Of a stretch of DNA of 64,000 bases, positions 1-12,733 are shown piece after piece (positions within the stretch are counted from its first letter, which is position 1; each line of letters begins with the position of its first letter). The DNA is from Eledone cirrhosa (Eukaryota). A program made the translations under genes and the position numbers. The notes beneath the pieces are model-generated. The model searched no databases. It had not been told where the DNA came from and saw nothing but the letters and a program-made list of their open reading frames with translations. The stretch is taken from the NCBI GenBank assembly GCA_964016885.1, contig OZ024740.1:342302001-342366000 (forward strand). The letters are read 5' to 3'.

Positions 1-659
1 GTTTATCAGTAATTTAATGGTCATAGTTGGTCATAGCTGGTCATAGTTTCACTGCTCTGACGTCATTGGGCTTACTCTCTTTTAATGTAGTTTTTACTTT
101 AGAGAAAAACATAGGATGGTCACAATTGATCATTGATTAGTCTGCTGGATCAGAGCTAACTTCAGGCCACAGCAAGGATAGATACATTATCTAATGTAGA
201 CCCTAGGTACACTTTGTGGTTCAGGGACAACTGAAGGACAAATGTCTTCCATCATCATCATCATCATCATCATAATTTCAGGTCTGTTTTTCCTGCTAGC
301 AAGAGTTAGGTGTGTCTTCACAATCAAGACCTTACTTAAACAGGGCTACTGATTTCTTAAATAGTCTGGGGGCCTGCATCTTGCTTATATATGATCCAGC
401 GCTTTCCCAAATGCATTTTATTATGACACTAGTACAAGGAATATTGTCATGTCTTTGACACAACTGAAGGGTCCTCTCAACCCTTTGTTTAGCAAACCCT
501 TTATTCATTACTAGCAGTGGTATCCGACATTGCACAGGATAAGGTATTTTGGAACACGGGCCGCCAACAGACCTAATCATGGAAAAACTGCATGCCTGGA
601 CAATATGTAAAGAAAATAAACCGAATACTCTGATGGCTGAATAATCTTTAAGATTTTCC

Positions 660-1137
660 TCGATGAAGCAGGAAAAATGCAGGTTTTCACCTAATGCGGG
701 CCCTAGGGAATCAAGTAAATGAATTTTTTTTATGTGCATAATATGCCTTGAAATTTCGGCTAGACATAATGCCTCAAAAAAGCCCTAAAAAGCTGAAAAA
801 ATGAAGTTTTTCACCTAATGCGGGCTCTAGGCCATAAAAAAGTTGGATTTTCTTTGCTCACGGTATGAAGAAGAGACTGACTAAACATAGTTACAATTTC
901 AAGGAAATCGGTCTGCTGTAACATCTAAAAAAAAAACCTATAAAGCTGAAAAAACGCAGTTTTTCACCTAATTGATCAAAAAGTTGAATTTTATGTGCAT
1001 AACACTCCATGAAACATAAGTAATACACATGTAAAGTTTGAAAAAAATTGGTTGGGTACTTCTCGAATTTTAGGGATTAAAACTCACACACACACACACA
1101 CGCACAGACAGACATCTTCAGTTTTATATATATAGAT
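660..1137 (-). mobile_element. Non-autonomous Helitron-like element, 5' part with ~150-bp internal repeats
   Basis: Minus strand starts TCTATATATATAAAACTGAAGATGTCTGTCTG, a typical Helitron 5' end; TTTTCACCTAAT recurs at about 684, 808 and 961; homologous to 32030-32200. Confidence 0.6.
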
Positions 1138-1161
1138 TATCAAACAGTTGTGGTTAGCAGT

Positions 1162-1289
1162 CAGTGCCGAATTTAGGACAAATGAGGCCCTGTGCTAGTT
1201 AAGTTATAGCTATGAGGCCCCTGAAAGAGGTAAAATATCTTTTTGGCAGGAAGATGCCCAGCCCCTGGCCAATGGTAAATCTGGCACTG
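1162..1289. mobile_element. hAT-type MITE
   Basis: Imperfect TIRs CAGTGCCGAATTTA / TAAATCTGGCACTG flanked by an exact 8-bp duplication TTAGCAGT (1154-1161, 1290-1297). Confidence 0.8.
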
Positions 1290-2538
1290 TTAGCAGTATA
1301 CTTCATTTCACTCCTAAGTAAAGACACAATTTTATTTATTTCACCTGGGATCAATATTTGGTTATAGCGTAGCTATGTGGCTAAAATGTCAGCTCAGCCA
1401 CCGTATTGTTCTGAGTCTGAACATACATAAAGTACATTGGGTGACCTCTACTTAATGCGCTGTGAGTGAAATTTGGTTGCTGAAAATTGTGCAGAAGTAT
1501 ATCAAGTACTTGTATGTGTGGGTATATGTGTATGTCCCATGTATAATCATACCTAGAATCAGCCAAACATTAACTGAATTAGCAGAAAAATCACTCTTCG
1601 AGCAGTGTGCATATTGATATTATACGTAAATATATATGCATGTAGATATGATATGTCAAATAAAATCCTAATTGACAATATGCACAGAAATTGAAGAGAG
1701 ATTGTGTTACACTCTCTTCTGTAATCAGTAAAGTAATCCATGATACGTTTAAAAAAGACAATATTATATATAAACTACATTACGGTGAAATGTAATGAAA
1801 ATGAAAAAGGAGAAAATTAGTGTCAGAAATATAAACATTATGATATAACGATGTAAATATATGAACGTTTATATAAGCGATATGATATAGCGTACGTCAT
1901 ATCATAACCAGAAGTATTGACATTTGAAAATTTTAAAAGAAGTGAATCTTAAAATAAGCAATCATTATATATAAGAATATTTATATAAGAAACCATTATA
2001 TATAAGAATATTTATGTTTAATCAACAGCTACGAAATTTAGTACATAAATTATGTCATATTCATTATTTATTCAAAGTAATCTAATTTATTTTACTAACG
2101 GGATAAAAAAAATATTCAGGACACAGTGCTGCACTCCTCCCTTTATTATATTATGATGAGCACTCAATACATTTAAGCAGAGATTTTGAAATTTTGGTTG
2201 TAATGAAGTTAAAGCTAAAAATGTGGTTATAGGTATTTTGGAATCAAAAAGGTTAAATATAAAAATTTGCTTGAGAAATTAGTAAAATTTGGTGAGAGAC
2301 ACAAAATTTACAAAATTCCTAAACTTTTCAATAACATATCCTGTGTCACTGGTCATATGTGTAATAATTGTACACAGAGTGGTCAAATCTCAAATATATT
2401 TCACAATCAAATTACTAAATTAATAAATAGAAAAGATAAATATCATATTACATCTCTAATTATGTGCTTAATTGTACACTGAGAAGTGTTAAGTCTCAAA
2501 TATACTTCATAATCAACTATTGATAAAACTGATCAGAT

Positions 2539-2731
2539 TCAACCCTTTAACATTTACATTACTCTATATTTAATATTATATTTTCATGGTAAAGGCTTTA
2601 TCTCACATAATATCGAATCTGAGATTTTATTTTGAGAACAATACCTTAACATAAGTATGAGCAGCTGGTTACGCTTGGTTTGAACAGAAAGAGGCGAGAG
2701 AATTTTGGCTAGATATGGTTGGTTTAAATGT
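2539..2731 (+). mobile_element. piggyBac-type MITE, partial copy
   Basis: Same internal sequence as 7013-7238 and 7838-8066; right TIR eroded. Confidence 0.7.
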
Positions 2732-2883
2732 AATATGATATTTATCTTTTTTATTTATTAATTTATTAATTTGATTGTGAAATATATTTGAGATTTGACC
2801 AATCTGTGTACAATTATTACAAATTCTGTCAATGCAATAATAGTAATATTAAATGTTACCTTGCTTGATACAGAATAGCTGGT

Positions 2884-3147
2884 TTAACCCTTTAGCATTT
2901 AAACCTTCCGTGTTTGGCCAAAATTATCTCACCCCTTTCTGCTCAAACCGACTGTAACTGGCTGTTCGTACTAATGTCAAAGTATTGTTCTCAAAATGAA
3001 TATCAAAATCTCATAGATTCGATATTATGTGAGATAATTATATGAGGTAAAGCCTTTACCATGAAAATATAATAGTAAATATAGAATAATGATTTCTTTA
3101 TTGGCCACAAGGGTAAATATAGAATAATGTAAATGCTAAAGGGTTAA
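2884..3147 (-). mobile_element. piggyBac-type MITE
   Basis: TTAA-CCCTTTAGCATTTA ... TAAATGCTAAAGGG-TTAA: CCC/GGG termini with TTAA target duplication. Confidence 0.85.
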
Positions 3148-3199
3148 GATGGTATTAAATAGAATGTATTGTTGAACAAAAGCATACAATGATGAAAAC

Positions 3200-3600
3200 A
3201 TAGAAATAAGGGATTAAAATAATAAACAGGAAGGGAGAAAATAGACAAAAAATATTAAATAATGGAAAAAGGGAGGCGGATAGGAGGAACAAATAAACTC
3301 CACATCCTTAGTTAGGCAGTATATCTTAGTTGCACCAGTGCAGACAAAATAATGAATTCCTCAGGCAGGATGCACTTTTCCCAGGACCAAGAATACCTGG
3401 GATTTTGACAGCGACTGACATGAAAAGGAAGAAGTTGGTCAAGTCCCGGTTTGTGGATGTCTTCTATTTCTGTGTTATGAGCGGCAGTTTGTTGCTTTGT
3501 GGCCGAAGTGACAAGGATGGAATTAGAGAATGTATCGTAAGATGTGGCGTCTCAGATTAGAGACTGAATCAAAGCCAGACATTTTTGGAATATTATGATA
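3200..3600 (-). mobile_element. Decayed CRE-like (restriction-like endonuclease) non-LTR retrotransposon 3' end
   Basis: Minus strand reads DLTNFFLFMSVAVKIPGILGPG, similar to fragments at 7290-7760 and 10700-11160. Confidence 0.45.
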
Positions 3601-4292
3601 AAATCATAGATACTTCTTCTTGTAATCCCACCATGTGTGAAATTGGCAAGTGAAAAGTTATCAAGTAGGATACTGAGAGTAAAACCTTCCAATACAATCA
3701 CCATCTGTTGTTGATTGTTGCTATGTTTGCTGCCTGCCTTCTTAGCTATGTGAGCAGAAAATCAAGGATCACAAAGAATTTTGGTAGTAAAAAAAAAAAA
3801 ATACCACACCCCATTGATATATTGCTATGGCAACCCGACACTGAGCTATATTTATAACCCCCTACAGATTGCTTAGAAATCAAATATCCTACTGAATCGC
3901 CATTGTTCATTCCTCCGTTACCAATACTACCAAGTTCCTAAAGTGTTGCCAGAAATTGCCTTCTAAATACTATTGCTAACCTAATGGAGACTTTAATCTT
4001 TCCTGCAGTTGAGTATAGGTGAGACCAGCTATATGCATTTTTGGGAATAATACTTGTACAAATATTTGTATGGATTTACAAATAATCTATATATATTCCC
4101 CCTTTTCAATGTCTTTCCACCACTCCCTCTCAGAACTTTTTTCCTTCCCACCTTTCTCCTGATGAAGGGCTTATACCTGAAACGTCGCCCCCCACCCCCT
4201 ACTCTCAAGCACGAACCTAATACCAACACTTTTCATACTGCACTCTTTGTTTTTTGTTTTTTACACCGTATATATATATATATATATATGTA

Positions 4293-4641
4293 TATGTGTC
4301 GGATGGAAGCTAAGATGCTTCCATAGGCGGTATGCCGGTTGAGCACTCTATGCTCTTACAGAGCAGAGTATGGTATAATATAAAACGAAAAATCAGTGAT
4401 GCATCTGAACTCAATTTATTGTGTATTACAATTGTTTCACCGGCGGAGAGCACGAGACGCGATCATTATGTGGATCTGTCTGATTCTGGACCCGTAGGTT
4501 CGACGGACATGTCGAACCTGCGGGTCCAGAATCAGACAGATCCACATAATGATCGTGTCTCGAGCTCTCCGCCGGTGAAACAATTGTAATACACAATAAA
4601 TTGAGTTCAGATGCATCACTGATTTTTCGTTTTATATTATA
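4293..4641 (-). mobile_element. Fold-back element: 268-bp palindrome with hammerhead 3' halves plus ~80-bp unique tail
   Basis: 4374-4641 is a near-perfect inverted repeat (loop 4505-4510); GAAA-CAATTG-TA at 4577-4588; arm and tail homologous to 25630-25800; TA-rich flanks. Confidence 0.85.
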
Positions 4642-4679
4642 TATATATATGTATCCTAGAAAGAAACCATATATATATA

Positions 4680-6100
4680 TATGTAGTAAAAGGCCGATAA
4701 ATTTTTATTTTTTAAAATCCAGTTCAATGTTGTAGAAAAATACGAAGGGCAAATGATGACAAATGAAACAAAACAAACAAAGTAATGTATTTTAGCATGA
4801 TATTTCAGGGCTAAAACCATCTTTTCAGATGTGAAGCTGAAACAGTCAGACAAAACAAATGAATGATAAGAGCCACAGAGGAGGGATCTATATACACCAA
4901 ATTTTACAGGAAGGATGCCTGCAGAGACGATTTTGTGCACCATGACTCTGGCCTTCCCTGCAAAGCCAAAATGGCCTATATATGGAATGAGATCTCCAGA
5001 ATACTCGACATATGCAGTGAGTGTAGTGACAGACATACCAGCATGGTGGAATTCCAAAGAGTTCTCACCAAAAATGTCTACCCTATTTCTCTCACCAAAC
5101 ACCGAAATGCCAAGGCAGCAGCAAAAAGGAGGAGGACACGTGCCCCTAAGGATAACATGTGCTACCTAAAGTTGCAACATTTCAATGAGAAGATGACAGC
5201 TGCCATCAGACAAGTCATTCATAGGGAAGGACTGAATATACAGCTGGCACATTCGGTATCCTCTTTGAGGAGACTGCTCCACAGACACCAATCCACCAAC
5301 CCAGTGCACTGGTGAAACTCCAGAGTAACAAGACTCACTACTTAGCCATAATAAAGGAATAGATATCAGGAAAAACAGACATTAAAATGATGACGATGAT
5401 ATATATATAAAATTATGCACAAGAAGAATTGGATGTAGTGTGCAAGAGAAGACTGTATTGGTATGGACATGTGATATGCATGGAAGATAACAGCTGCATT
5501 AAAAAAATGCAGAGAAACCATACATGCAATAATATATGCACATTTCCTAATTGTCCCATCAATAATGCAGAAGTGTGCATGAGAGCATATGTGGTCTATA
5601 AAATCACCTGCAAAAAATGCAGCTCCTCATACATTCGAAGGAACACATGAGAATGAGAGCCTCTTCTGTTTAAAAACATCTTGATAGATGCTGCAACTAA
5701 GACACTGTGGTCACCATAGAGGTGACTGAAAGGAATATGGGAAATTTAAGGATTAAGGAAGCCATTTTCATCAATCAAATAAAACCAGAGATAAGGTCAG
5801 AAATGCATGAGGCAGAATGGTTACTATAGCGATATAGCGACCCCATGCATGTGTTTTGTAAACTCATAGACCAGTTGGGAAAGAAAACTCTAAAAACTCT
5901 GATCACTCATTTGTTTTGTCTTTGACTGTTTCGGCTTCACATCTGAAATGAGGGTGTTAGCCCTGAAATATCATACTAAAATACACTGGCTAAAACATTA
6001 CTTTGTTTTGTTTTGTTACATTTGTCATCATTTACCCTTCATATTTTTCTACCACAATGTACCAGCTTTTAAAAACAAAAATATTGGTCTTTTGCTACAT
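4680..6100 (+). mobile_element. Decayed Penelope-like retroelement with inverted pseudo-LTRs
   Basis: 4863-5315 encodes an RT thumb-like segment (IYTKFYRKDACRDDFVHHDSGLP...RILDICSE...LTKNVYP); 5540-5800 a GIY-YIG remnant (VVYKITCKKCSSSYI...LRIKEAIFINQIKPEI); 4680-4870 is the reverse complement of 5900-6100. Confidence 0.85.
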
Positions 6101-6136
6101 ATCTCAGAATGCTTCATATTAACTAATTAACTACAC

Positions 6137-6231
<95 letters not shown>

Positions 6232-7012
6232 TATAAATGTACACATATATATATATCATCATTCATCATTTGATACTTGTTTTCTCATGCTGGCTTGTAA
6301 TATATAAAAGTTTAGACCACAAACACATATGCAATACTGAATGAAAGTAGTTGAGAATGAGAGACAAGGGATTATTTGAGAAATGTCTACTCTAATATTA
6401 ACCACTAGCTCTATATCTAATATTATTGACAGTATCTCTATCAGTAAAAGTTATTTTTACATGAAATTCATTAGAGACACAAGAAAATATTATTAATATT
6501 ATTAAAATGTCTGAGTGTAGAAAATTAGAACACAGTCAACAGAGAAGAAGATGTAAAACCAGCTTAGACAACATGGCACTATAAACCAATAAAGGAGCCT
6601 TTATATAGTCATGACCAGGTCTTCTTCAAATTTCACTGTACTGTTTTAAATAAGGAAGAACACATACATTAATGTAGTCTTAGATAACCCTAAAAGAACA
6701 GAAAAACAAAACAAAAATAAATAGTCAGAGATGGAATGCCATTCTAGTTCTTGTTCAAGTTGACCTGGGGCTAATCAGCCACCAACATTTTGGCACTGCT
6801 TTAGATGGCATCATGTCACAAGATTGAATATATTCTTGTCTTCAATGATTATTTTCTCTGATCATTTCAAAACTATTTTCTTTTTCTAACATGGGTGGGA
6901 TGGGCTAAGAAATTTGAGAATTTACATTTTGTTCAGGCAACAACTTTTTACTATTTGGTGTTTTTTTTGTTACGTGAGTCAAATGTGTGAAAGATGTGAA
7001 ACCTATTAACGG

Positions 7013-7238
7013 TTAACTCTTTAGTATTTACATTATTCTACTATTATATTTTCATCCTAAAGGATTTATCTCACATTATCATCTTACATAATATGGAATC
7101 TACGAGATATTGATGATGTTATTTATTTTGAGAACAATACCTTAATGTCAGTATGAGTGGCCAGTTATGGCTGGTTTGAGCAGAAAGAGGTGAGAGAATT
7201 CTGACCAGATATGGCTGATTTAAATGCTAAAGGGTTAA
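7013..7238 (+). mobile_element. piggyBac-type MITE
   Basis: TTAA-bounded, same TIR and internal sequence as 2884-3147. Confidence 0.8.
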
Positions 7239-7289
7239 TTATGTGTTGTGACTCATTCTGTCTCCAACTTTCTCATTTCACTCCAACAC

Positions 7290-7760
7290 CTGCAATGTAG
7301 AGGAGAGGAAGATAACATAAATATCGGGACTTGACTGACCACTTCCTTTTCACACTGGTCACTGTCTCATGTCGTCAGGTGTCCTTTGGTGTCCTCAATC
7401 CTCAAGCTGCTGTTTTCTTCTGCATTATTGGGATGACTGCAGCCTACTTGAGGAAGAAGCCCCATGAGGTGGGGTGGCTGCTGCAGCAGATGTTGCTGGT
7501 ATGTACTATACATGCTCCTTTGATGAGTTGTTGTGCACCTGATCACTGTAAACAATAATTTTCATTATATATTTTCTGCAGCAATGCCTTTGTCATTCTG
7601 CTTACAAGGCATGGCTGAAACATACTGCCCAGTCTAGGGTATAGAGTCTATCACTCCCTTCCCTTTCCCCTATCTTTTGTTGCTTAATTTGTTATCTTTT
7701 TATTCCTTTTAGTCTCTATCTTTTTCGTTTCCTTATTATTGTTTATCTTGTACAGTTTAT
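7290..7760 (+). mobile_element. Decayed CRE-like non-LTR retrotransposon 3' end
   Basis: TDHFLFTLV...FGVLNPQAAVF...IGMTAAYLRKKPHEVGWLLQQ aligns by eye with ORF 10858-11046; pyrimidine-rich 3' UTR follows. Confidence 0.55.
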
Positions 7761-7837
7761 ATGAAAATTGTCTGTTAGATGACTGTATATGATGCACCTT
7801 TCCCAGAGGTATAGCATAATAGTAGTAATGGTAAGAT

Positions 7838-8066
7838 TTAACCCTTTAACATTTACATTACTCTATATTTACTATTGTATTTTCACGGTAAACACTTTAT
7901 TTCACATAATTATCTCACATGATATCGAATCTACGAGATTTTGATATTATTAATTTTGAGAACAATACCCTAACATAAGTATGAGCAGCTGGTTATGGCT
8001 GATTTGAACAGAAAGAGGTGAGAGAATTCTGGCTGGATATGGTCAGTTTAAATGCTAAGGGGTTAA
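7838..8066 (+). mobile_element. piggyBac-type MITE
   Basis: TTAACCCTTTAACATTTA ... TAAATGCTAAGGGGTTAA. Further partial copies at 9880-9993 and 48830-49050. Confidence 0.85.
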
Positions 8067-8524
8067 ATACATGAGTTTTTGGTCGCTATACCAGTACCTT
8101 AACCTCACAACTCTTGTGTTTCATCATTGTTAACAGATTGTCTTGTGATATATTTGCACATGATTAAAGAATGCGTCTCTATTATAAAGTTATTTTATTT
8201 CACTGGCCATATAGGATGAGGGTATGAGTCACATAAACTGTATTGTATAGAAGTTTAAATGTAGAATCAAAGATATATTTCATCTAATGTAATAGTTGTA
8301 TTATTAATCCCGCCGAGGTTGACTTTGCCTTTCATCCTTACGGGGTCGATAAAATAAAGTACCAGTAATGCACTGGATAATTGCTGGCCTTGTGCCAAAA
8401 GTAGAAACAATTATTAATACAGCTGCTGCTGCTCACATCCCTCACCATTTACAGTACACCAATAGACACTGTTTGCCTGTCTAGCTTATATACCACACAC
8501 ATATAACATATCTATCTATCTATC

Positions 8525-8940
8525 TAGGGTGGGAAAATTCCCAAGATCCATGGACGAGTTCTCTCCTGCGGTCTCTGTCTCTCATTATCGCTGCCATGTC
8601 CTGCGTCTCCAAGAGACCAGTGTCTGTCCTTAGGGCATCAACATATGTTAACCTTCGTTACTGTAGTGGAGTCTGTGCTGCTGTCCGGGTCTGAGACTTG
8701 GACACTGACCAAGAAACTCACTCAGATGGTGGATGCCTGAGAATGCTGAGGATGGCTCTGAACATTAATCAATATACACTGAGGTTGAAGAACTCAGAGC
8801 TATACGGGAGCCTCCCAAAAGTGACACAGGAGACTGAGGTTAGCTGGACATGCTCACCGACATCCAGAGTTGACACTGCACTCAGTGCTCCTGTGGGAGC
8901 CCCTGCATGGACACACTGGATGAAGAAGACCGGGGTTAAC
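8525..8940. mobile_element. Rearranged fragment of an older RTE-group LINE
   Basis: VESVLLSGSETWTLT and CLRMLRMALNI on plus; 8525-8650 is the inverted 3' end; related copy at 38297-38585. Confidence 0.6.
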
Positions 8941-8954
8941 ATATAACATATATA

Positions 8955-9482
8955 CATCATCATCATCATCATCATCATCATCGTTTAACGTCCATGTTCC
9001 ACGCTTGCATGGGTTTGGACGGGAGTTTTCCCACTTGAGGCAAGAGTGGTTGTCTTGCTCGCATAGGACTATCTGGCGGGTTTTCTACAGCTGGATGCCC
9101 TTCCTAACACCAACCACATTTACAGTGTGGGACTGGGAGGTTTTTACCGTGTTGCCTACACGGCCACATTACAGCGTGGACTGTGTGTTTTTTGTCGTGA
9201 CACCTACACGATCTCATTTGTTTCGGCCTGGATGTTGTGGCACCAACATAACTTTACATTGAAAGGGGCGGTGTGAATGGGGTGGAGGTGGTGGGACGGG
9301 GGTGTGTTTTGTTAGAGATGCCTACTGACTGTAGTAGGTTTTACTTTGTATTTCAGGTAAGGCGGGTCTTCTCTGTTACTGAGTACCGCCAAAGGTCTCA
9401 GTCCAGTGACATTGTCTTGGAGAGGTGTAAGTGTGTGAGGTCGGAATTTATCAGGTCGTCCCAGGTTTTTCTGGGTCTGCCT
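8955..9482 (-). mobile_element. 5'-truncated RTE LINE (ORF2 end, 3' UTR, (ATG)n tail)
   Basis: Near-identical to the 3' ends of the copies at 42.5, 49.1 and 53.1 kb. Confidence 0.9.
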
Positions 9483-9671
9483 ATATATATATACATATAT
9501 ATACAAACATACACCATATATATATTCCCACATACATGCACATTTACCCATACCACATATATACATGAATCTCAATGAGTTGGTAACAATTAAACTAGCT
9601 GAGTCAATCTTCATCCAAAACTGGGGTTTAATTTTACAATGAGAGTAATTACATATGGATATGGCTCCATA

Positions 9672-9742
<71 letters not shown>

Positions 9743-10394
9743 GAAAAAAACAAGGAAGTTTCGTTTACATATGAAAAATATTTATTTATTGTTTATCGAC
9801 CTGTTACGCATGTTTCGCAGAGGTTTGGCTCAAGGTAACCTATAGAAGTTAAGGAATCAACTCCAGTATTGATCTGCTTAATAATATTAAAATCTCATAG
9901 ATTCGATATTATGTGAGATAATTATGTGAGGTAAAGCCTTTACTCTGAAAGTACAATAGTAAATATAGAGTAATGTAAATGTTAAAGGGTTAACTTGTTA
10001 TTCTTTGGTAGTCAAATAAGAAGTGTGAGACAATACTGGTTCTGATAGAGACAGAGGGGAAGGGAAGAAGTGGTCACGTCATCGAAGTTCAAAGTAGAAA
10101 GAGAAGGAGGGAGAGAGAGAGAGCAGCTGTATGTCGCTAGTGGCAACTACACCAATTTTAAAGGTAAGTAATATATAAGATATACGAAAGACATTTTATA
10201 AAGTAGAAAATATAATATAATAAAAAAACAACATACATATACATACAATAATAATAATTGTTCCTAATTTTGGCACAAGGCCAGCAATTACCCAGTACAT
10301 TACTAGTACTCTATTTTATCGACCCCGTAAGGATGAAAGGCAAAGTTAACCTCGACGGGATTTGAACTCATAAGAATAATAATGACAACTATAT

Positions 10395-10685
10395 GGAGGC
10401 ACATGGCTTAGTGGTTACAGCATTGGGCTTGCAATCGAAAGGTTGTGAGTTCAATTCTCAGACCGGGTGATGTGTTGTTTCCTTAAGCAAGACACTTTAT
10501 TTCACATTGCTCCAGTTTACTCAGCTGTAGAAATGAGATGATAGGGACTGGGGTCCTTATCATTCCACTGCAAAGTGGTCATGGAGGTGCCACGGCAAAA
10601 AAGCACCCAGCACTCACTGTAAAATGAGGTTGGTGTTAGGAAGGGCATCGGATGTAAAATGATGATGATGATGATGATGATGATT
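10395..10685 (+). mobile_element. tRNA-derived CORE-type SINE with RTE-like tail
   Basis: A box TGGCTTAGTGG, B box GAGTTCAATTC, CORE-like TTCCTTAAGCAAGACACTTTA, then GGTTGGTGTTAGGAAGGGCATC and (ATG)n. Confidence 0.85.
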
Positions 10686-10699
10686 ATAATGACGATAAT

Positions 10700-11160
10700 A
10701 ATAAAAAAAGGGAAACAAAAGGAAAGAAAGAATAGGGAAATATAGATAAAAAAGAGAGAAAGAAAGAAGAAAAAACTGGAAGGGGAGGGGATGGCAAGAG
10801 CTCGGGTGTCGCAGAAGAGAGGGGAGGTTGGAGGGGGAAGGTGATTGGGCTTTCGGCCTAGAACAAGGGTACGGAATTGCTGCGCCCTGCGGACAAGACG
10901 GCAAAAACATTCCCACAGATGATGGCCAGTGACACCCTCTGCAACGCCATCCAACCTTGCGGGGGCTCCCTCCTCAGATAGGCTGCTGACACTCCAATCT
11001 TGTGGAGAAGCTTGGCAGTACGGGGTCTAAGTACACCTGAGGTCACAACGGCGACCAGTGTGAAGAGGAAGTGGCTGGACAGACCCTGGTATTTGTTTAT
11101 TTTACGGTCTTCTATGAGATGGGCCGCGATGCCGGGGTATTCAATATTTTAGAGGAGTAA
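10700..11160 (-). mobile_element. CRE-like non-LTR retrotransposon 3' fragment (endonuclease C-terminus)
   Basis: TSGVLRPRTAKLLHKIG...LQRVSLAIICGNVFAVL resembles the ET.G...QR.S.AI.RGNA C-terminal motif of CRE-type elements. Confidence 0.65.
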
Positions 11161-11997
11161 TTCAGAAGTGTGTTGATCACTCCCTTGCATCTCAATGTTA
11201 TCCCTATTAAATACTGTAATATGTAGTATTACTAATCATGTTGTAATGTCATCATTTTGGTATACTTTTTACTGACTAGATTCGCTTCTTATCATCAATG
11301 ACTTTACAGCATGAACTAGGTGTATTTGATCATGTCACTAGCACTAGCTAGTTTGTCTGTTGGGACTAAAGTGTTCCTTCTATTCCATAAGTTGCTATTA
11401 AGTTATTGCTCTTCTTCATAGATGGGTTGTCTTTGCTATGACTTAGAGAGTCCATAGCTCTTTTGTGCAAATATTTAGATCCAAGTCAGCTCTGAGCAAG
11501 TATATCTATATTCATCCTGTCTTCTATTGAGACATGATGTATTTAAGAGGATTATGTGTAAATTAACTACTTCTTCTAATAGGTTCAGAGACTACATAGA
11601 GATTCTAGTTATTTGTTAGTTGTTGTATAGGGTGTTGCTACATACTGCATGCAATGTTATTACATTCTACATGTAGTGTTACAACATGTCACATACATCA
11701 CATTTCTAGTATATCTCATGCAGTCTATACAGACATCTCTCTCTCTATCTCTCTCTCCCTCTCTCTCTCTCCCCCTCTCTCTCTATTATATATATATATA
11801 TATTCTTCAAAATTATAAAAAAGTCAAGGATATGAAATTATATATTCTTTCATTTTTATGAATGTTTCAATACGCATTGAGCTTTTCTCATCTTACCAAA
11901 GAAAATAGTGAAGTACTATACTATAATCACATATATATATATCTTTCTACCTATTTATCTATCTATCTCACACTCTCCATATATATATATATATATA

Positions 11998-12339
11998 ATC
12001 ATCATCATCATCATCATCATCTTACGCCCGCTTTTCCCTGCTTGCAAGGGTGGGACGGGAACTGATTCAGGCTTGATTTCTACAGCTGGATGCCTTTCCT
12101 AACACCAACCTCATTTACAGTGAGTGCTCGGTGTTTTTTTGCCGTGGCGCCTCCACAACCACTTTGCAGTGGAATGATAGGGACCCCAGTCCTATCATCT
12201 CATTTCTACAGCTGAGTAAACTGGAGCAATGTGAAATAAAGTGTCTTGCTCAAGGAAACAACACATCACCCGGTCTGAGAATTGAACTCACAATCTTTCG
12301 ATTGCAAGGCCAATGCTCTAACCACTAAGCCATGTGCCT
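11998..12339 (-). mobile_element. tRNA/CORE SINE, near full length
   Basis: Reverse complement of 12734-13082 at high identity. Confidence 0.9.
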
Positions 12340-12733
12340 ATATATAATATATATATATATATGTGTGTATGTATATATATATATCAAAAGTAAGTGTACA
12401 AACCAATCAAGGAGAGATAGGAGATCAGTTGTGAGAATTATAAGCCAGCAGTAAAGAGGACTGTGTACTCAATGCGTATTAAGTGCAAGACAAGCGAACA
12501 CTAAAAGTAAGTGAGAGAATTATATGTCATGCAAAAAGTGTATAGGCAGAGCGTTAATATAAACATTATTATATATATATATATATGAATATATATATAT
12601 TATATATATATAAATTTTTGTCAGAGAATACACAACCAAATTCTTGAAAAAATATTTATTGGTTTACAATTGTTTCAGAAGCTGGATCATAATTCGATCC
12701 ATAAAAATAAGCTTTTTTGAATTACAATGTCTT

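Noticed and set aside
10395-10470. tRNA-like sequence with A and B boxes
   Set aside because: SINE head continuing into CORE and LINE-derived tail; no complete cloverleaf acceptor stem.
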